DNA from: Candidatus Multivorans sp. | GTDB taxonomy: Bacteria; Acidobacteriota; Thermoanaerobaculia; Multivoradales; Multivoraceae | Assembly: GCA_965224025.1 (NCBI GenBank) | Contig: OZ245033.1 | Location: 3,136,001 to 3,200,000 of the forward strand | Reading direction: 5' to 3' | DNA: 64,000 nt | Shown: piece by piece, positions 59,073 to 64,000 of the stretch | Position numbering within the stretch: the first letter of the stretch is position 1 | Layout: every line of letters begins with the position of its first letter | Translations under genes and position numbers: made by a program | Notes under the pieces: generated by a model | The model's input: the letters and a program-made list of their open reading frames with translations, nothing else | Databases searched by the model: none | Told to the model about the DNA's origin: nothing

Positions 59073-61310
59073 TCAACGGAAGATGTCGACCAGGCGGCTG
59101 TACTTGACGATGACGGTCCGATCCGGGCGCTCGTAGAGGAGCCGGGCGCCCAGCTCGTCGACTTCGTTGTAGACAACGAAGAGGCCCGTGTTCGCATCCT
59201 GCAGCCAGGAGAAACGGAGGTTCGTCGAGACGTTGTCCGATTGGTCGTTGTACTGGGCGAGGGCCTGGACCAGCATTCGCGGGGTGATCGAGTACGAGAG
59301 CCGCAGCCGGCCGAGATTGACCTGGAACTTGCCGGATGGCACTTTGGCGTCGTTGTGGTCCCAGATCAGCTCCGAGGTCAGGCGTTCCCCGCGCCGGGCT
59401 AGCAGGGTCAGCGAGGTCGTACTCAGGTCGCCGCCGAAGAAACCGCCGGTGACGTTGCGGATGCTGATCGAGAACGGTTTCGCCTGGTTGGTCTGGACCA
59501 CGGTCTGGAACTCGTGGTGGCTGTACCTGCCCGGCGCGATGGAGAAGCCGTCGACGACCTCGAACGTCTCCTTGACGCCCTCCTCGGTGAAATTCACGCC
59601 GGTGTGGATCTCGAAACCGTTGCGCCACTCCCAGTGCGTGTCGACGTGGATGTACTGGGTCTCCTTGTAGTCGTCGAAGTCCCAGATGCCGCTGTAGGAG
59701 ACATGGGGCCGGATCTCGTGCAGGCCGGCGAGGTTCTTCGGTCGCATCGTGCGCATGCCGAACGCGGAGAAGTTCCGGAACTCGGTTCGTGACATGAAGC
59801 CCACTTCCGGATTGAAGTTCGCGCGCGCCTCGGCGACGCTGACGCTGCCGCGCCACTCCGGCTTGCCGAGGTTGTAGCTCAGGAGCATGGATGTGTCGTC
59901 GCCGGCGAGCCCCGGCGTGTCGGTCTGAGCGACGTACGACTCGATCGTGTGGTGCTCGCCGATGCCCCACTTGCCGTCGATCGCGTAGGTGCGGTTGGTG
60001 TCGTTCTCCAGCGCCAGGCTGCCTGCGCCTTCGCGGCTGACGAACATGCCGCCGATGCTGGAGCGCTCGCCCAGCTCGCGGTTGACGCGGGCGACGGCGT
60101 AGTTGTTGCCGTGGAGGCCTCCCACCGTGGCGGTCTGCATGTGGAGCAACCCGACGTTGAAGCGGCCGGCCTTGCCCGAGAGCCGGCCGCCGTAGTCGAT
60201 CGGGATCAGCTCTCCGCCCGGTCCGATACCGATGCGGCGGCTGAAGAACAGGTCGACGCGGGCCGATGCGCGGCTTCCTCCCGAGCGCGCTCCGACCGTG
60301 AAGAGTCCGGCGTTCTCGAGGAAGAAGGGTCGCTTTTCGGGGAAGAACAGGTTGAAGCGGTCCAGGTTGACTTGCTGCTCGTCGACCTCGACCTGGGCGA
60401 AGTCCGTGTTGTAGGTCAGGTCGAGGGTCAGGCTCGGCGTCACGCTGTACTTGACGTCGAAGCCGAGGTCGGAGTCCGACTCGTTGTCGCGGTCCGCCTG
60501 GGGGGGCGCCCGGCTGCTGCCGATGGCGTAGGGGATCAGCTTGAGGTTGCGTTGCGGCGGCGGCTCGACGCCCTGCAGGGCGCCCGCGTCGGTTAGCCGG
60601 TCCAGTTCGTGATTCCGGTCGAGCTCGGACCAGAACGAGACTTCCTTGTGGCGGGCGATGTTGCGCTGGAAGTTCAGACCCCACGTCTGCAGGTCGCTTG
60701 GGGGATAGCGGAGCGTGCGGAAGGGAATCGCGAACTCGGCGCTCCAGCCGAAGTCTCCGACCTGGGTGGCGACGTTCCAGGCGCCGTCCCAGTTCAGGTT
60801 GAAGCCCGTGCTCATTCCCCGCCGGAAGCGGCTGCTGCCCCCCATGCCGCTGAAGATGCCGGAGCCGCCCTCGACCACCTGACCGTCGTACTCGATGCCG
60901 GCCGGGTTGGTGCCGAACACGAAGCCGTTGCGGCCATCCTTGAAGGTGTCGAAGATGACCTGGAAGCTGTCCGTCTCGTTGAGCGGCGCGTCGCGACGGC
61001 TGTCCGAGATGACGATCCCGTCGGGTTCGCGGTCGTGGCAGACCACGGAGACGAAGAGGATGTCCTCGGTGAACGCGAAACGCACCTCCGTGCGCTCCGT
61101 CCCCGGCTCGCCGGCGTAGGGCCGGGTCTGGGTGAGGCCCGAGGCCGGCTCAATGGCCTGCCAGACCGGGTCGTCGAGAACAGCGCCGTCGAGCACCGGG
61201 GCTTCGCCGATCGTCATCGCCGTCGCGGACGGCCGCGCGGTCTGAGCCTGGGACGCGGCGGCCCACAGCGACAGGATTGCGGCGATCGTCGCCGCGGGAA
61301 AGCGCCTCAC
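59073..61310 (-). CDS. CBM9-like + DUF5916 outer-membrane protein
   Basis: Signal peptide; W.AEFAIPF.TLRY, NTDFAQVEVD..QVNL.RF.LFFPEKR.FFLE, LFFSRRIG. Confidence 0.88.
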   Translation of the reverse strand: MRRFPAATIAAILSLWAAASQAQTARPSATAMTIGEAPVLDGAVLDDPVWQAIEPASGLTQTRPYAGEPGTERTEVRFAFTEDILFVSVVCHDREPDGIVISDSRRDAPLNETDSFQVIFDTFKDGRNGFVFGTNPAGIEYDGQVVEGGSGIFSGMGGSSRFRRGMSTGFNLNWDGAWNVATQVGDFGWSAEFAIPFRTLRYPPSDLQTWGLNFQRNIARHKEVSFWSELDRNHELDRLTDAGALQGVEPPPQRNLKLIPYAIGSSRAPPQADRDNESDSDLGFDVKYSVTPSLTLDLTYNTDFAQVEVDEQQVNLDRFNLFFPEKRPFFLENAGLFTVGARSGGSRASARVDLFFSRRIGIGPGGELIPIDYGGRLSGKAGRFNVGLLHMQTATVGGLHGNNYAVARVNRELGERSSIGGMFVSREGAGSLALENDTNRTYAIDGKWGIGEHHTIESYVAQTDTPGLAGDDTSMLLSYNLGKPEWRGSVSVAEARANFNPEVGFMSRTEFRNFSAFGMRTMRPKNLAGLHEIRPHVSYSGIWDFDDYKETQYIHVDTHWEWRNGFEIHTGVNFTEEGVKETFEVVDGFSIAPGRYSHHEFQTVVQTNQAKPFSISIRNVTGGFFGGDLSTTSLTLLARRGERLTSELIWDHNDAKVPSGKFQVNLGRLRLSYSITPRMLVQALAQYNDQSDNVSTNLRFSWLQDANTGLFVVYNEVDELGARLLYERPDRTVIVKYSRLVDIFR

Positions 61311-61450
61311 GGGTGGCGACTTTACTCCGAATGCGAATCGCGACGCGGGCGGGAACCCCTGCTTCGCGGCAACTCTCTCCGGTAGCATCGGCAGAGCCGA
61401 ACCCTGAGTACCTTCGGAGGAGGCTGGATATGCAAGTTGCGGGATCGGCA

Positions 61451-62455
61451 ATGCAAGATCACACCCGGAAAATGTACCTGTGGGTGTTGGCCCTGGCCGG
61501 GATCCTGGCCGCGGCGTTGACCACGGCGCCGGCGCTGGCTGCGGGCGAGTTGATGGATGTCGAGGGCTATCCGTCCCTCGTCCGCAAGCCGGTCGAACTC
61601 TGGAGCGACGGAACGCGGTTGGCCGGCGACGTCTTCTACCCGAAGGCGACCGCGGAGGGCGAGAAGCTGCCGACGGTCGTCCTCTGCCACGGCTGGGGCG
61701 GTACGAAGTCGCACCTGAACCGCGGCATCGCGCCGCGTTTCGCCGCCGCCGGCTACCTGGTCCTGGCCTTCGACTACCGCGGCTGGGGCGAGAGCGATGC
61801 GCGCCTCGTCGTCCGCGGCGAGATGCCGGAACCGGACGAGGACGGCTACGTCACGGTCAAGGCCCAGGCCATCCGGCAGCTAGTGGACCCGCTCGACCAG
61901 CAGGAGGACATCGACGCCGCGATCACCTTCGTTGAAGGCGAACAACATGCCGACGCCTCGCGGATCGGCATCTGGGGCTCAAGCTTCGGCGGCGGCCATG
62001 TCATCTGGCGCGCCGCCCACGACCGCCGCGTCAAGGCGGTCGCCGCCCAGGTCGGTGCAATGGACCAGCGCTCCGGCCTGGTCACGGCTCCCGGCGGCCT
62101 CAAGGGCTTCCACCGGACCGCCATCCAGCGCGCCCGCGGCGAGGTGGACCCGGTGCCGGTCGGCGGCCCTCAGCCCGAGGGCCTGACCGGCAGCCCGTAC
62201 TACGAGCGCTTCGCCAAGTTTGCCCCCGTCGAGGACGCGCATCTCATCACGGCGCCGACCATCATCATCGACGCCAAGCAGGAGCACTACTTCGACATCC
62301 GCGAACACGGCGAGCGCGTCTTCAAGATCCTCTCCGGCCGCGTCCCCGTCGAGTACCACGCCTGGGACATGAGCCACTACGACGTCTACAGCGGCGACTG
62401 GCTCGACAAGGCCATGTCGGCCGAGATCGACTTCTTCGACCGCCACCTGAAGTAG
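61451..62455 (+). CDS. Secreted alpha/beta hydrolase
   Basis: CHGWGG, FDYRGWGES, nucleophile GSSFGG, C-terminal HY. Start uncertain (61430-61472). Confidence 0.88.
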   Translation: MQDHTRKMYLWVLALAGILAAALTTAPALAAGELMDVEGYPSLVRKPVELWSDGTRLAGDVFYPKATAEGEKLPTVVLCHGWGGTKSHLNRGIAPRFAAAGYLVLAFDYRGWGESDARLVVRGEMPEPDEDGYVTVKAQAIRQLVDPLDQQEDIDAAITFVEGEQHADASRIGIWGSSFGGGHVIWRAAHDRRVKAVAAQVGAMDQRSGLVTAPGGLKGFHRTAIQRARGEVDPVPVGGPQPEGLTGSPYYERFAKFAPVEDAHLITAPTIIIDAKQEHYFDIREHGERVFKILSGRVPVEYHAWDMSHYDVYSGDWLDKAMSAEIDFFDRHLK

Positions 62456-62507
62456 ACCCGCGTCGGTCGGCTGCGCCGGAGTGTCTGCGCCGGAACTGCT
62501 GCGGTGG

Positions 62508-62711
62508 CACCCGCCTGGTCCTAGGGGTCCGGAGGGGGTGAGAGCCCAGGTGCCGCTCGCGCTTGGTCGGATAATGGGGAGTTGGCGCTCGCTGCACTCC
62601 GCTCGCTCCGGTTGGTCGTCAGTAGTTGAAGCGTCGTCGGGAGTCGCTCGCTCCGAGCCACCTGGGATCTCACCCCCTCCGGACCCCAACCAGGCTGGAC
62701 GGCGTCGGGCA
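62508..62711. mobile_element. ~200-bp MITE/REP-like hairpin element, copy A
   Basis: 29-bp inverted arms at 62524-62552 and 62659-62687 (1 mismatch); homologous in inverted orientation to 63222-63424. Confidence 0.65.
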
Positions 62712-63221
62712 CCGAGAGGGTAGCCGTCAGCGTTTTCCCGGACGCCGTCTTGGGCGGCTCAAGGGCGTAGTCGGACTCAAAGGCTGAGACCGATGGTAGG
62801 GTGAAGCGAGAAGTGGTGCCTGCCGGCGACGTGTGAGCTTCGACATCGCCGGTGTCTTGCGGGGGAACCGCTCTTCGTCCCGACCGGAGACACGTTCCCG
62901 ATCCGGTCGAAGATCGACTACGAGACCGGTCTCTGGGCTTGCGTCAGGTGCGGCGGGCCGGTACGCAAGCTGGCTGGAGGGTTCGCCGGATCGGACGTCC
63001 CATCGCTGGACTAACCTTCAAGGAGGCGTGGGCGATTGGCAGGCCTGCGGTCGACGCTACGTCACCGCAACGGCTGCGGAATGCATGGAACAAAGCGCCT
63101 CTACCAGAAGTCGCCTCCGGCGAATGCCGGCTCACCCAGTCTCGGCGGCGCTGTTTCCCAGCGAGGCGGCGCCGGGGTCTCCGCTGCGGAAACCGTGGCG
63201 CGTGCGTAACTGCGTCCCGGA

Positions 63222-63424
63222 TGCCCGACGCCGTCCAGCCTGCCCAGGGGCTAAGGGGGAGGGGTCCCAGGTGGCTCGGAGCGAGCGATTCCCCGTGTCG
63301 CTTCAACCATCGATGACCAACCGGAGCGAGCGGAGTGAAGTGAGCGCACCCCCTTCCAATCTCCGACCAAGCGCGAACGCCACCTGGGACCCCTCCCCCT
63401 TAGCCCCGACCAGGCAGGCGGGTG
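63222..63424. mobile_element. ~200-bp MITE/REP-like hairpin element, copy B (inverted relative to A)
   Basis: Perfect 29-bp arms at 63247-63275 and 63379-63407. Confidence 0.65.
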
Positions 63425-63433
63425 TAACCGAAG

Positions 63434-63715
63434 TCAGGCTGCACGCCGGTTGAACAGCCCGATGGTGAGCGCGAGCGGAATCACGAACAGCAGCGTGCGC
63501 AGCCAGCCCGGCATGTCGGTCATGATCAGGATCAGACCGAGCGGGATCCAGAAGGCAGTCCACATCCAGAGGGGGATCATCCTCGGCGGGACGGGTTCCG
63601 TGCTGGCGCCTTCGGCGATGATGATGACGACCAGGATGCCGACGGCGGCGCCTAGAACACCGGCTATCAGGGCGCCGGCTGGGTAGACGTATGCGGCGAG
63701 GATCAGTTCAGGCAT
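63434..63715 (-). CDS. Small hypothetical membrane protein (about 3 TM)
   Basis: Hydrophobic ORF MPELILAAYVYPAGALIAG... Confidence 0.55.
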   Translation of the reverse strand: MPELILAAYVYPAGALIAGVLGAAVGILVVIIIAEGASTEPVPPRMIPLWMWTAFWIPLGLILIMTDMPGWLRTLLFVIPLALTIGLFNRRAA

Positions 63716-63803
63716 ATCGGGGTCCCAAGGTTGTGGCGGGTTGTTAGTGGCGCGAATCGTAGCAGCCCTCGGATTGCAGTACATTGGCGGCGGAGGGGTA
63801 GCC

Positions 63804-64000
63804 ATGCGGGTCAGCATTTCAGTTCAGAGCGCCTACAACGTGACCGACGTCCGCGAGGGGGCGCGGCGCATGGTGGACCGTGCGCGGGCCGCCCGGGACG
63901 CCGGCCTGGATGCGCTTTTCGTCGGCGACCATCACGCGACGCCGGGGCCGTACTACCAGAACACCGCGATCCTGGGCCGGATGCTGGCGGAGTGGGGCGA
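63804..64000 (+). CDS. LLM-class flavin-dependent oxidoreductase (partial, runs off the window)
   Basis: Manual translation MRVSISV...RARAARDAGLDALFVGDHHATPGPYYQN; GGAGG RBS. Confidence 0.8.
   Translation, partial: MRVSISVQSAYNVTDVREGARRMVDRARAARDAGLDALFVGDHHATPGPYYQNTAILGRMLAEWG

Noticed and set aside
62833-63453. 206-aa and 154-aa ORFs in the hairpin-element region as a transposase
   Set aside because: They have no DDE or HUH motifs, are low-complexity Arg/Ser-rich, and run through the repeat.

Overview
High-GC bacterial chromosome segment. The gene content (Cys-containing C-terminal 'SGLFxFF..N.E..VKVLDG' modules, Calx-beta/FN3/PKD/spondin surface proteins, a HEAT/CxxCH haem protein, a Uma2 nuclease) suggests an Acidobacteriota (Thermoanaerobaculia-like), possibly host- or sponge-associated organism; this is inference only. 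There are two defence loci. (1) At 1-10.2 kb: the 3' end of a probable DUF1156 methyltransferase, two different ABC-ATPase + TOPRIM-like pairs (the second MAD3/MAD4-like), a DUF4143 ATPase and a DUF499 ATPase, together a BREX-related or hybrid system. (2) At 46-52.8 kb: a Uma2 nuclease, a HicB-like gene and a type I R-M locus. In that locus HsdS is fused in-frame to an MNT antitoxin (GSx10DxD), followed by a HEPN toxin (Rx4HxY), and hsdR is hollowed out. The rest is housekeeping or catabolic: aroH, Prx6, bolA, SPFH-Arc, rpoD-like, MATE, Sdh1-type sdh, PQQ dehydrogenase, trkA, acyl-CoA genes, metY (frameshifted), cysH/siroheme genes. Several genes keep both ends but have lost their middles. The window also has a 4-copy REP-like palindrome, a pair of covarying ~200-bp MITE-like hairpin elements, and frequent leaderless-type promoters. 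I saw no rRNA, tRNA, CRISPR array, integrase or intact transposase. Family assignments come from motif recognition, not database searches.
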